Shown here in pieces: positions 1 through 13,845 of a DNA stretch of 64,000 bases. Source of the DNA: the human T2T-CHM13v2.0 reference genome, Homo sapiens; assembly GCF_009914755.1 (NCBI RefSeq), contig NC_060931.1; one strand, 5' to 3'. Below the pieces are notes generated by a model. That model was given only the letters and a program-made list of their open reading frames with translations, made no database searches and had not been told where the DNA came from. The position numbers and the translations under genes were made by a program. Every line of letters begins with the position of its first letter. Within the stretch, counting starts at the first letter, position 1.

Positions 1-251
1 GGGAGGTAAATATGATCTCAGGTCAGCCAGCTAACAATTCAAGTGTGTTTTGAAAGCCAGAAGTCCTCCATGGTTGTGTGTAAAGAGACTTTCATCTGTG
101 GCTGCAGAGAAGACCATGCTGAAAACCAGGACGAAGATTTAATTGAAAAGATAGAAGAGCTTCAAAGAGGTGGACTTCTAGCTCAGCATATTTCTTATGG
201 CAAAAGCAGGGCCCTGATAATAAAATAGCAGAACTGTAAAATCTGGAATTA

Positions 252-400
252 GGATAATTATGAAGGCAAGACTGAGAATCTTGAACCCAGGTTCCCTTGA
301 ACCTTTCATGAATCAGAATTAGCCCTTCCCAGAGGATAGAAGCATGCCTTTATTTGGAAGCTCTGCAGAGAGTGAGGAAAGTGTCCACAATATTAAAATC
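252..400 (+). repeat. Copy 1 of ~150-bp direct duplication (partner 2202-2355)
   Basis: Manual alignment gives about 14 substitutions and one 5-bp indel between the copies. Confidence 0.95.
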
Positions 401-1162
401 AACTTCTTTAAGATCTACCCTGTGAATCCTTATTGACTACAGACATAAAACCAAGGTCAGGCCTCAGTACAACCTAAGTGGGGAAATGCTGTTCCTGCTC
501 TGGGAGGGAGGAGCTCACACATGAAAATCATTGCAGGAATCACCTACTCCAATCCAGTAGGAACTGGGAAAACACATGGAGGAGAACATATTGAGGGTGT
601 TGGGCAGAGGCAGGGAGGGGAACCAACTATTAAGGCCAGATAGAGGAGGAATTTTTCAGATGGAGGCACTCACTGATGACATAAATAAATATCTTGGCTG
701 GAACCCTGACCTGATCCTGACAGGCTAATGGAATGTAAAAGGCCTACAGTAAAGAAGCTGGATATTTCTTAACTTTCTGGGCATAGTTTTGAGGAAGGAG
801 TCAGAAGGCTAAAGGAGGTACCAACGTTAGAATGACTCATTATATGAGACCAGATGCCTCACCAGTGGCACTCCCTTTGCTAAAGTAATGAGGAATGCAT
901 GCATTCAAGGTACCCAGAAGCTCCGTGGTAACTGTCATCTACAGGCAGAGTGACAGTAGGGTATTACAGCCTGGGGTTTAGAATGGAATGGCTGAAGCCA
1001 AATGGTTGCACTTGTCAGAAGCAGAGTGGAAATAATGACCCTAGCAAACAGCAAAAGGGGCTCTGTGGTGAAGACTAACAGATCACTGTGAAGGAAGGGC
1101 CAGCCAGGGTTTGTTTCACTTAGGGTACAGACAAAAATGGAGTGTTGGTGAGAAGATCAAGA

Positions 1163-1242
1163 GATGAGAGAGAAAGAGAGAGAGGAAAGAAAGAAAGGAG
1201 GAACGAGGGGAGAGAGGAGAGAGAAATAAAGAGAGAGAGAGA
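1163..1242 (+). repeat. GA-rich low-complexity tract
   Basis: Purine-rich gaga/gaaa run. Confidence 0.9.
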
Positions 1243-2201
1243 GCACTACCAAATCAGACCTAATTTTGGTTTTCAAGTCAAAGCCAAGTCATAGGAACAA
1301 AGCCCACTGGCTAAAGGGAAGGAAGGATCCCCTTTATACTGTAGAGGGCTCTGCACATCTCTACAAGTATAAATGATAACCATGCACTGATATTTACCAA
1401 GAGATTTACAGCCATTAACTAGGGTAACTATGCAGTAGTAAACAAGGGCTGCTCTGATAGTATAAAGAACTAACACTGATATCAAATACCCAAAATTCCA
1501 TAGTGGTCCTCAAATTAGATTGGGATATAACGAGAACCAGGTATTAAATGGACTTTTGGCCCAAGTTCAAAACCTGCTTATATTCTGTGCAATTTCTTCT
1601 ATAGTATAATTGGGATAAATAGACATAATAGCTGGCCTAACTCTCATGCTGACTCCTTGACCTGTGGAGTAACAGTCATTAGGATAGGAAGGGCCAAGGA
1701 GAAGCTGCTGAAACTTCCCCACCTCCTCAAACCAAGATAGCAAGTCAGAAGAAATATCCTGTCTCTGGAGGAATTTCTAAGGAACAAAAATGTGGATGAG
1801 CCTATGAAGGCTGGTACAAAATTACAGATCTTTCTTGTGTCCTGCTATTGCCCATTAGATAGCATTCACTATGAAGAGACACTCAACACTTCTGTAAACA
1901 GAATGACTTCTCTTATGGGCCCATGAACAGAGAAACCACTGAGGCAGGGTTGGGAGTTTGTGTGGGATCAAGATAATGAGCTCTGTCCCATTAAGTCTAG
2001 CCTAGCAACTGCTGAATATTCCACCTGTTATCAGCAGAGGACAACACTGGCTGTCTGATATGGCATCATCTCTTAAGATGACTAACTCACCATTTGCAAA
2101 AGCTGATTACATTGAACCCATTGCACCCTGGAGACACCAGTGTTATTTTTCCCAACTGTAATTGTATAAGATTGCCTTCCATGACCAAAGGGTAACTTCT
2201 G

Positions 2202-2355
2202 GGATATTTGTGAAGGCAAAACTGAGAACCTTAAACCCAGATTTCCTTGAACCTTTCATGAATCAGAATCAGCCCTTCCCAGAGGATAGAAGCCTGCCCT
2301 TATTTGGAAGCTCTGCAGATATATCAGTGAGAAAAGTGTCTGCAATATTAAATTC
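2202..2355 (+). repeat. Copy 2 of ~150-bp direct duplication, inserted in the ERVL integrase relic
   Basis: Matches 252-400; flanked by TAACTTCTG at 2193-2201 and 2381-2389. Confidence 0.95.
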
Positions 2356-3319
2356 TACCAGAACAACCATGAAAAACAACTAACTTCTGCCAGAACAACT
2401 GTGAAAAAAATGCTACATTTAAGGGCATAAGATCCTAATTGCTTCAGACCAGGGGATTCATTTCATGGACAGGTAACCATGGAATGCACTTATTGGACAA
2501 TATATCTTATCACTCAGAGGCTTCTGGCCCAAGATAATGATGGACTAGTCTGCCAAATTCTTACTCAAGGCACCAGAGAGATGGCAATTTAAGGTGGGTA
2601 GGAATTCTACACTCCAGTGGCCATTATGGCATGTGCTGCTGTGTACTCAACAAGTGGAATGTGCGTCTGGGAATCACAGGGTGGAAGTAGGATTGGTCTC
2701 TCTTAGCAAGATTCTTAGTAGCTCATTTGTAAAATTTGAATACCCATTTCCCAAAATTCAGACTGTAAAGGGGGAATTCATCCAAAAAAAAGTATCCAGG
2801 GAGAATTGCACTGACTTTGATGCTATTATTTGCTTAATTTGGGTTCCTGAGGCCAGTGAGCCAGCAAAGTTGGAAGTTACCATGTTAATGGGCATCATAG
2901 ACTCCATTTACAGTAAGGATTTAGGACTGGTGCTAATGGTGTTACCCAATTGTGGCAGAGGGAATATATGTGGAATCCAGGGGTTCCTGAGTGCTTCCAT
3001 GCCATGTTAACAATGTGTATAGAAAACTGCATCAACCACGGCCTGACAATTTTTACAAATTAATTACAGCCTCCAAACCCTGGAAGTAGATCTAGAAAGC
3101 AACCTACATCCACTGAAGTGCTGCCCAAGACTGAGGAATGGTGGTGGTAGAGGAAGATGATAGAGATCAATTGTGGCTCCTGAGACCCTCTGCAGATGCA
3201 ACAGGACCTGTAACTTGTTCTCCTCATACTCTTGAGTTCAGCCCTTGCAGAGCTGGTGCCCGGCTGCCACCTTAGTCTAGAAGCAAACGCCCACTTTAGA
3301 GCCAGCTCCTTAATACTGA

Positions 3320-3717
3320 CTGCTTTGGAATTAACATGAGAGGAAGCATGTTTGGGAGTGCCCTGTAGATTATTACCCATGGATTGAACCGAGCAGAGGA
3401 AGGACTGAACTGTAATGCAGCCCCAGCTAAGTCCTCAGCAGATCCCACAGGTGATTCTGGAGCTGGGATGGCCGTTCAGAGTTCTCTCAAATTTGGAAAA
3501 GAGGGTGGGTCACTGGGTGGACATGGACAGCCACTAGATTTGGGCTGCCCCTCAGGAGGGGGTGTGACATTGGATGAGGCATTTGCCTTCAGTGAGGGCA
3601 ATGGCCAGAGAGGGTAAGAGCTGACAGTTGTCAGCCATCAACTCTCTTGGCTGCTGGAAAACTGTGTGCCTGAGTCCAAAAAATGGGATGGGTCAGTGCA
3701 CCACAGCATTCACTAAG
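3320..3717 (-). mobile_element. LTR16-family (ERVL) LTR
   Basis: Blocks cctcagcagatcccacagg, ctggagctgggatggcc, tgggctgccc and gtgcaccacagcattcacta resemble the reverse complement of LTR16. Confidence 0.65.
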
Positions 3718-3869
3718 CATGAAACAGGGATCCCTGCAGAGCAATTGCTGGCTCCCAAAGAAGAAAAGCAAGAGTCAGTCCCAGTTCTTAATGCAACCAG
3801 CCTAGAAACAGAGCAACAACAGAGCCCAGAGGTGAAGAGCAGGGCCCTGGAGCGGAGCGCTTGAAGAGG

Positions 3870-4095
3870 CATTCCCAACCAGGCTGCTTACAACATGTGT
3901 GACCTTGTGCAACCTCCTTCAGACATCTGGGCCTCAGCTTTATTTTTTGATTGTTTGTTTAATCAGTAAAATGAGGGTTATGGCCATGCCAACCTCCAAG
4001 GATTATTATGAGGATAAAAAGTTAATATTTGTAAAGCATGTAAGATGATGTCATAGAGTAAACTCTACAGAAGGATTTGTTAATTAATAAAATGG
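3870..4095 (+). mobile_element. MIR SINE relic
   Basis: tgtgtgaccttg, gggcctcagc, gtaaaatgaggg and gattattatgaggataaa resemble the MIR core. Confidence 0.65.
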
Positions 4096-4452
4096 GCCTA
4101 TATATTAGCATTTATAGCCACCATTAGAAAACAAGCATAAACAGAAAAATTCACAAAAGAAGATATCTGCATACCAGAGGTTAGGAAATATTCGATAATG
4201 GAGGAAGGGGATTTTTTTTTCACATTAGGAAGAATTTATTGAATGCTAGAGAACATAGAAAAGCTATAATTACTGTTCTTGGTGAAGCCTTCCCAGAGTC
4301 TCTCTTAGGACACAGTGGGATTCATTTGAGAACAATGGAGTTAGTGAATCAATCCTGTGTTGGTCAAAGTGAAGAGCTTCTTTGAGTCATGGTCTGTTCC
4401 TGAAATGGTATTTCATTTTGTACTTTGAAAAAATCAGCTTTTTGAGCTGAAC

Positions 4453-4456
<4 letters not shown>

Positions 4457-4493
<37 letters not shown>
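4457..4493. repeat. (AT)n microsatellite at the L1 tail position
   Basis: About 18 AT units, seen directly. Confidence 0.95.
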
Positions 4494-4494
<1 letters not shown>

Positions 4495-4497
<3 letters not shown>

Positions 4498-4699
4498 CTT
4501 TAAGTTCTGGGGTACATGTGCACAACATGCAGGTTTGTTACATATGTATACATGTGCCATGTTGGTGTGCTGCATCCATTAACTCATCATTTACATTAGG
4601 TATATCTCCTAATGCTATCCCTCCCCCTGTTCTCACTCATAGGTGGCAATTGAACAATGAGAACACTTGGACACAGGAAGAGGAACATCACACACCAGG
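4495..4699 (-). mobile_element. Short L1PA 3'-end insertion with 5' inversion
   Basis: 4495-4627 is the antisense L1 3'UTR terminus. 4628-4699 is the nearly adjacent upstream 3'UTR segment in the opposite orientation (compare 39070-39140 in the full-length L1). Confidence 0.9.
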
Positions 4700-5780
4700 A
4701 TTTTTTTTTTTAAAGGAGAGATGTAGCTGAGCAAATAGTGGACAAATTAAACTGCTTCAGATCTACATGAGAAGTAGTGACTTATAATGTACATACAATT
4801 AAAACATCTTTTATCTTAAATATACATGTAAATATCCACAATTATAGCTCATATATATTAATTATAAGTGCAATGCATAATTATAATATATCCATAATAT
4901 AATAAGTATGATAATATAAACAAAGAAAGTTTAGGGAAATATCCTTTTTCCCAAGAAGAAAGAACATTCATGTTCTAGTATATGCCAATAGCAATATAGA
5001 CTGCAAGACAAGCTAGTTATACCTTATGCAACAGGATTCATGCCAAAAGAGAACACAAGAATATAAATTTCTAAAATAAAAAAATTAAATTTAAATATTT
5101 AAAACGCAAAGTTATTTGAAAATAATTTTAAAATGAAAACGGCTGCAAAGATTTTTAAAGACGCATTTAGAAAGCCTGCTGTGTCTTCAAACATTTTTCC
5201 TATTTGGTAGTGGAATAAAGATTTCAAGCACAAATTTACCCATGACTGTTTTGCTGAGCAAACTTAATGCCACATCCTTGTTCATTACTTTTTCAGGCTC
5301 CTACCCATTGCTTCTCTCCCTTTAATTTCCCACCATGCACACTGGCCCATTTGGTGAGAAGATCTATTCTGTGCTCACATGTACAAAGGTGATGTATTGG
5401 CAGCTTCAGCCTCCAAAGGTTTTTCTCATTACTGAATTCCCAGTAGCTATTTCTCTACATTGTAATTGGATAGTACTTTTTAGGAGCAAGTGTCCAGGGC
5501 ATAGAGTGCCACAAACACTAGGTGCATTCTAGAGAAATGAGGAGATGATATCCATGAATAGCAGAGGATCATAGACAAATGCATTCCCCAAGGTGAGGGG
5601 AAACAATCAATAGCTGAAATGAGAAAAGCTGGCTTCAGTGGTGTGCTGATTGAGAAGAGAGCCTTCCCATTAAGCCAGAGTGACCTGTGACGCTCAATTA
5701 GTGAATGCAATCCATGCACCTTTTTCATTGCATAATTAAAGACCTATACCTGACCTCTCCATGTCTTCAAATCTGCAATC

Positions 5781-5784
<4 letters not shown>

Positions 5785-5819
<35 letters not shown>

Positions 5820-5822
5820 AGA
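5785..5822. repeat. (CA)n(GA)n microsatellite
   Basis: Seen directly. Confidence 0.95.
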
Positions 5823-6744
5823 TACTTGTTTCCCAATTATTAATACTCTTAATTATTCAACAATGATGCCTATTTAAACACCTAATGGATTATTTGATTT
5901 TAATAGTTAATAATACCATGTCAAATGATAAAGATCAATTATTTTTCAGAACAATATATTTTTAATTAGGCATTTTGAAAAGTATTATGTTTAGGAAACT
6001 GTACCCATGATAATGACTGAATTCTGTTAAAAATGACGTGCTGAATCAGTGGCTGATTCTCAGTAGAAGGATTGAAATGATCATGGTTTATGTTCATTGA
6101 TTCACTGAACACATACTTAAAGGTGCTTGCGAGGTATCAGGCATGATTATGGTGAAAAGCGGGCAAAGGTAAATAGGTCTCTGCTCTCCAAAAGAAAGAG
6201 CAACGCTAAGCTGAGCATTACAGTGCTTGGGGAATGTCGCACACAGCAGGGAAAGCCCACCGGAGTCTACTCATGCTATCATACGTGCATGCCCAAATAC
6301 ACACATTGTGGTCTTCAAGATTATCATATTTACCCATAGGATATTCATTGCAGTTATGCCTAAAATAGAAAACAGACAGATGAGAACTGATGTTAAGCAT
6401 TAAAAAATTCAGCCAAGAGTAATTTTCAGTAGAAAACCAAAGAGAATGTTGTGTTGTAAAAGAGCATACTATGATATAATTTCTGAGAATAGATTCCTGT
6501 TCTAGTTATCATAATTAGCATATATCTTATGCTATGTGCCTAAATGACACATTATTATCATTAATATAATAAATGATTATCTTTGTTAATTTGCCATAAG
6601 CAAAGTTTGGTTATAGGAATTAACAAAAATCTCCCATATTCCAAAAGTGTGCCCCATAATACTTACCTATAAAGAATATAGAAGTTTTTAGGTTCTATCA
6701 GATTATATAGAAATAAAATATTTGTAAGAAAATCACATAAAATT

Positions 6745-7465
<721 letters not shown>

Positions 7466-9469
7466 GTCACATCACAAATAGTTTTAATTAATTTTAATAT
7501 ACTTTCATTTTTCCCCTAGTTTTTCAGAGTAATACTTGTTCATTTTAGGACATTTTAAAAAATAGAAAAATGAATAAATAATTATTTTCAAATTTTATAA
7601 TTCTAGTATCCAATGCTAATCACTAAAATTTTATATATTTCCTTCATAATAGTATACATATATTTTCTTTGCTGTTGTTTTCTGCTTACTTATAATAATA
7701 ATTTTCACATGTGAATGCATGATCTTACTAAAATTTATTTAACCATTCTTCTAGGACACCAAATAGAAAGCACTTGGTGTGACAGGAGAGAGAGAATGGA
7801 AGCTTACATTGAATGATCCAGTGGGGATATAAAGAAGTGAATAATATTTGAGAAATATAGTCTTTTTGTGAGCCTGAGTTTCGTCACTTTCTTCCAATAG
7901 TTTGCATACATTTTTAATGGTTTCCAGTTTTGAAATATTTTATTAAATTTTTAATAAGGCTTATTTTAAAGTAGAATTAAACCAGTTATTACTAGTGGGA
8001 AGAAAGTTTGCAGACTAGTTATATTTATCTTTTCTAGGGTTTTACTGATGGATATTAAAATTATAAAACAAATATGTATCTTTGATTGTCTAGAACTACA
8101 ATCACCTTAATAATTAAGTCATCATCTGTATGTTACTGACTTTGCTACATATTTCAAAGCAATATTAAATAATGTTGACAATAAGTGTCCTTGTTTGTGG
8201 TTTGATTTCTCTTGACATTGCTCTGGTATTTTGTAAGAAATTGTCACCCTTGATGCTGCATGTTAAAGTCGTAATAATATTTAGAGGTAACTTTTCTTCT
8301 TTTGCAAATTAACATACTTATGAAGACATACAGAAAACACAAAGCTAGGAACTAATAGTAAGGTTTGATCAAATATCAGAATTTAGCTCCTTGAAAAACT
8401 GTCCACTTTTCCAAAAACAATTTACTTCATAAGACTCCTTTTCAGATCTTACCGGGCTGTGCCCACCAACCCTATACACTGTTTTGTTGTGAACTTTACC
8501 CAATCTCAGTATCCCATCTTGAAAGATCAGCATTTAAAACCACTTGAGCAAAGAGGCTAAAATGGTCTAATTATCCTTTCCTAGTCACATCACAGAAGAT
8601 GACTTGAGTAGCCAAATCTGTGGTGAAGTAATTTTCTGCTTTCTTTATGAAGTAATTAAACATATATAACAATGGGAAGAGAACAGTAACATCTTTGAAG
8701 AAGGCTTCAAGAATATATTAGAGATCCTCCTAGGAAGATGTCTTAGGAAAACGGTTTTCTTTGGAAAATAATTTTGATCAGTCACTTTTAAAAAGATGAT
8801 GAAACCCTGAGGTTTCACTAAACAAAAAAATCAAAAATACATAATGTTTACATATTATCTTTAACACAAATAGAAATAATATGTAAACATATGCAAGAGA
8901 ACAGGGGAACAAATATTTTATTATTTGAAAGGCAATAAGGGGGAATAAGCAAGAGGAAATGAAAAAGAGAAGATGGTGGAAAACTAGAAAAATAAAGACA
9001 GAACAAGACCTGGTTAGATGGAGAGGATGTAAATTTCATGGAAAATAATGTCTGAGAAACATTTTACAAACAGCTAGTGTCTACACTTCCATTTAAATGT
9101 TTGCATGGATGAATGTAACCTAGCTTCCACCTTTCTTCTGAAACATTCCCTCAAAATTTACTCAAATCTATTTAGTTAAATAATTGGTGATTATTACCAT
9201 TTTGGTACATTTGTATCTATTTTTCCCATGCTGTATTTACACAATTATACTTAGGGTATATCTGCATAGATCACTTTACATTCTTTCTCTCTCTCTCTCT
9301 GTGTTTGTATGTAGGTAAATAAATATATATATATATCTATATCATATATGAAGTCTCTGACAAGGCACTTTTTTTGCTGCATAGCCTTTATCTGATGAAT
9401 TGCTTGGTGTAGACTGGTTGCTTTAGACTCTGGTTTGGTGTATTTTTTGTGAGGGCACTCGCTCTATGT

Positions 9470-9689
9470 CAGGGTTCCACAAAATGTTTCTTGTAAAGTG
9501 CCAGATAGTGAACATTTTGGGTTTTGTGGGTCACACAGTCTCTGTTTCAACTACTCAACGCTGCCTTTGTATTATGAAAGGAGCCACAGAAAATATGTAA
9601 ACACATCAGTATGGCTGTATTCCAATAAAACTTTATTTACAAAACAGGCAGCAGGACGTGGCCCCTGAGCCGTAGTTTGCTGACCCCTA
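9470..9689. mobile_element. MER58A-like hAT-Charlie DNA transposon
   Basis: caggg...gtaaagtgccagatagt, gtctctgtttcaactactcaac, ccaataaaactttatttacaaaacaggcagc and tagtttgctgacccct. Confidence 0.85.
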
Positions 9690-11633
9690 ATTTAGCTCCA
9701 CTTGCTTCTGCAATCTGGCCAATGAGGACACTCTAAAGCTTTGGGCTGCCCAACCTAACCACTTACCTTGCCCTAGGGCAAAAATCCATTTTATTTCCAG
9801 TTTTCCTACAGGCAAGTGCCCCAGGCTCCAGTTTTGCAGTTTTGAATGCTCTTCCATTGGGCAAGATGATGGGGCAAAAGGAAAGGGAGTGAGCAGGTTT
9901 GGGTCAGGCACGTGTGTTGCAGTAACACAAAGACAGTTGAAGGAGATGTCTGCTCCAAAGTTCAGGGGATGCCTGGAGCAGAGGACCAGTGAGAGTTGAG
10001 AGATGAAGCAGGAAGTTTGGACATCAATAGCTTTTGAGCTGAGCACCAAGCTGATGAGCTGGGGACAGGTATCACAGCATCCTTAAAGGGCAAGAAATGC
10101 AGAATAGTGAGAAACTAGGACAACTGATGTTGCCCCTGGCTGGCTTTTAGAGCTGCTGATGAGCAGAGCATGGGGTCAGAGTGCGTGCATTGTGCTGGAT
10201 GCATTTAATGGGGCAAGACATTTAAAGCTTCTATGAAAAAGAAAAGGGGCCTAGTGGAAAGACTGGGGTAAAGAGGGGCAGATCAGGATTGATACTAGAA
10301 AGGGAGCTCTTCAAGGACTCACTTTGTGAGAGAAACTGAGGTTCATCCTCAGGTCATTGAGGCTCCAGGAAGATCCACCCTGCTATTCCCCAGGTGGGGC
10401 AGGATGCTCCAAGTCACTAAGATCTCCTGCCACGTTCACTGTAAGTACCCACATTTCCACATCTCTATCAGAGGCATGGTGCAAATTCTTTATGCAGTAA
10501 ACTCCTTATGTAAATCAGTGGATAGGGGGAGGGGGAGCGTGTGGCCTTCCACTGCCCACCACAGCTACCTGAGCCCCCATCTGGTATATCTAAGGTGCTC
10601 CCTCACCTGGAGACTCATGGGACTTCCTGTAGCTGCAGTGGCTTAGAGGTGGCCTCCTTCAGCCACCACCCCCATGGAATGTGGGGCTGTGGCGGACCTG
10701 TGAACTCCCCTAGACTAGTTCCTTAGGGGCAGGGCCTGGAATTAGCATGGCTTCACATTCTTCTGTGCTTTCTGCTCTAAGGATGCTTGGCTCCAGAGGA
10801 AGTAACCTGGACTAGATCTGTGCTCTCCTTTCAAACCATTGTGAAGCTGTATTGCTTCCATTCCAAATCTTGATGGTTCATCTTTAAAGGTGGAAACTTC
10901 TGCCATTTTCTAAGGTTCATCCTTGTGAACAGTTTCACTTTGAGTAAATTCTCATAATATCTGGATGACTTCAAAAAGCTTTGAAAGAGTTGCCAAGGCA
11001 CGACCACACTGATGTTTTCTAAGTGCTTTAATTCACTTTCTCGGTTTATTCTAGAAATGCTATACACAGCATTGTACGTAGTAAGGTGCAGATTGGTGCA
11101 AAGTTCACCTAATTTGATCCAAAGCAATATCAGAGGAAAGTCCTAGTTAACTTCACTTTCTAGATTATGTCACCTTGATCTCAGATCCTAATGTTGCACA
11201 TCCAGCAATCCTTCTTAGGGCCAGGCTTGAAATATTTTGGCCCCTCCATGGAAATATTCATGTCACCAAGGCCCTGATTTCTGCAGAATAGATATCTGAT
11301 ACTCATCCAAACACTATCCTAACACTATCAGAAAGAAAAAAAAAACTCAAAAATACACACACACACACACATACACACACATGCACACACCCATGCACTC
11401 TTATCTTCTGTACATCTTTTGTAGTATTGGGTGGGAAAGTGAAGTAATAGTTCTACAGCTTGCAGTAGAAATCTTTTAGAATTATGCCTGTGACTCTAAG
11501 TTGAAAATCTGATTGGAAAAGATCCTCATGGGGGTGCATTCAAGCCTGTCAGTCTGCAGACCAATCATTGCTCATCTAGCCTCCTGGACATGTTGTCTTC
11601 TCCTGTGGAACTCCTCTTCAGGGTAGTAACAGG

Positions 11634-12024
11634 TGTCAGGCCTCCGAGCCCAAGCTAAGCCATCATATCCCTTGTGACCTGCACATATACATCCAGATGG
11701 CCTGAAGCAAGTGAAGAATCACAAAAGAAGTGAAAATGGCCGGTTCCTGACTTAATTGATGACATTACCTTGTGAAATTCCTTCTCCTGGCTCAGAAGTT
11801 CCCCCACTGAGCACCTTGTTACCCCCACCCTTGCCCACCAGAGAACAACCTCCTTTCACTGTAATTTTCCACTACCTACCCAAATCCTATAAAAGGGCCC
11901 CAGCCCTATCTCCCTTTGCTGACTGTGTTTTTGGACTCAGCCCACCTGCACCCAGGTGAAATAAACAGCCTTGTTGCTCACACAAAGCCTGTTTGGTGGT
12001 CTCTTCACACAGATGCGTGTGACA
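11634..12024 (+). mobile_element. Solo HERV-H LTR (LTR7 family, older 7B/7C-like)
   Basis: TGTCAGGCC...GTGACA termini, TATA box (cctataaaa), AATAAA, perfect 5-bp TSD ACAGG (11629-11633 / 12025-12029), and no PBS after it. Confidence 0.93.
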
Positions 12025-13210
12025 ACAGGGACTTCCATGGTACATGGACCTGGCATCTGAAATGTGAGTTGATTTATTATCCTGGATAAATAAACTAAAA
12101 ATAAGAAAATATTTTGAAGCTGATAAAAGTTGAAGGAGAACGCCATCACTTTACAGCTAAAAAAGGTAAAGATACTTTCATTCTTTTTGTTTTCAGAGAC
12201 CTGGGGCTGAGGAACAGAAAACAAACACATTTTTATAATCTAACACTGAAAGAAAGAACATAGAGGGAGATATTTGCTTTTGGAGCCCATTTTTCAAAAA
12301 TTTTTGTTTTTCCCCATCCTAGAAAAGAAAGTCTCTGATAAAGAAAAGCTAAAAGTTCCTTGGCTACAATGACATATTGGTTATTAAACTGAATATCATC
12401 AATATTTAATTATCTCTGTAAACACAAGAAGAGAAAATGCAAAACTATCAGTTCATTTATTTGGGTAGTTTTACTTTTTGCCAAAACAATTCACAAAAGT
12501 TATATTTAGGGTTTATTAAGAATGGACAACATTTGCTAAGATTCTGAGGCTTAGAAAAGCATCTTATTCATCATCTATATTTTATAAGTGAGAAAATTGC
12601 CTCTCAGGGAGGGAAAGAGAGTGGCTCAAGGTCACTCGGGATTTTAATGACGATCAGAACTGGAACCATTTTCTCTCTATTTTGCATCTTGGGGCCCTCT
12701 CTTAGGCTGGAAGTCCATAGAGGCTTATTTCATATTTTCAGTCGAGTACCTAACAGCTCTTAATTCCTGCTAGATAATCTAAATTATGACTACAAGCATA
12801 GATTTTTTTTTTTTTTTGAAGAACATATGGGAATCAGGGCAAAGCACTGTTAGTTCATCTATTCCTTAGGTTAGTATTTACTGAGTGCCTTCTCTGGGCC
12901 AGGCAGAGAGCAGGGAATGTGGAGCACAAGGTAGGAAGGATATTTATGCTGTCTTAAGAAAGCTTACAGTCTAAGAATATGCAGGAAATGGGCAGTGCAA
13001 GTGAACAAGACGCAAACAGTGATTAGTATTGTACTCAGAAGGGCATTGTCAGAGGCCACTAAAGGGAGGAAGAAAGAGGCTGTTGCCAACAGGACTAGGG
13101 CGAGTTTCAGGGGAGAAACCACACGTGTCCGTGAAGGAATCTTCCTTTGGCAACTTCTGGAGTTGGCACTGAGTTTTTCTTCCGTGGGCCTCTGCAGCAA
13201 CGCTTATCTC

Positions 13211-13693
13211 TGTCAGGCCTCTGAGCCCAAGCCAAGCCATCGCATCCCCTGTGACCTGCACCTTTACGCCCAGATGGCCTGAAGTAACTAAAGAATCACA
13301 AAAGAAGTGAATATGCCCTGCCCCACCTTAACTGATGACATTCCACCACAGAAGAAGTGTAAATGGCCGGTCCTTGCCTTAACTGATGACATTACCTTGT
13401 GAAAGTCCTTTTCCTGGCTCATCCTGGCTCAAAAAGCACCCCCCACTGAGCACCTTGCAACCCCCACTCCTGCCCACTGAGCACCTTGTGACCCCCACTC
13501 CTACCCGCCAGAGAACAAATCCCCTTTGACTGTAATTTTCCTTTACCTACCCAAATCCTATAAAACGGCCCCACACTTATCGCCCTTCGCTGACTCTTTT
13601 CAGACTCAGCCCGCCTGCACTCAGGTGAAATAAACAGCCATGTTGCCCACACAAAGCCTGTTTGGTGGTCTCTTCACAGGGACACGCATGAAA
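13211..13693 (+). mobile_element. HERV-H 5' LTR (LTR7/LTR7Y-like)
   Basis: tgtcaggcctctgagcccaagccaagcc...gcatgaaa; TATA box at about 13559; internal duplication of cccactgagcaccttg...cccccactcct at 13443-13502. Confidence 0.95.
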
Positions 13694-13695
13694 TT

Positions 13696-13713
13696 TGGTG
13701 CCGTGACTCGGAT
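13696..13713 (+). promoter_or_regulatory. Primer binding site for tRNA-His
   Basis: TGGTGCCGTGACTCGGAT immediately follows the LTR; this defines HERV-H. Confidence 0.95.
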
Positions 13714-13836
13714 CGGGGGACCTCCCTTGGGAGATCAATCCCCTGTCCTCCTGCTCTTTGCTCCTTGAGAAAGATCCACCTACGACCTCAGGTCCTCAGA
13801 CCGACCAGCCCAAGAAACATCTCACCAATTTCAAAT

Positions 13837-13845
13837 CCGGTAAGC
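13837..13845 (+). promoter_or_regulatory. HERV-H major 5' splice donor (CCG|GTAAGC)
   Basis: Strong donor consensus about 150 nt after the LTR, where the known HERV-H donor lies. Confidence 0.8.

Larger units (their letters stand above)
1..3215 (+). mobile_element. Ancient, highly degenerate ERVL-class internal region (gag-pro-pol-dUTPase relics; HERVL/ERV3-16A3/ERVL-E-like)
   Basis: ORF 43-228 (CKETFICGCREDHAENQDEDLIEKIEELQR) resembles ERVL gag. Protease-like relic at about 1450-1570. Integrase Zn-finger/core relic at about 1920-2130. ORF 2594-3010 (EVTMLMGIIDSIYSKDLGLVL) resembles ERVL dUTPase (GVTVLAGVIDPDYQGEIGLLL). The order pol then dUTPase is typical of ERVL. All frames are broken. 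Confidence 0.75.

Noticed and set aside
11634-13693. The two LTR7s as 5' and 3' LTRs of one mini-provirus
   Set aside because: The first has its own TSD and no PBS; the second is followed by a PBS; their internal structures differ.
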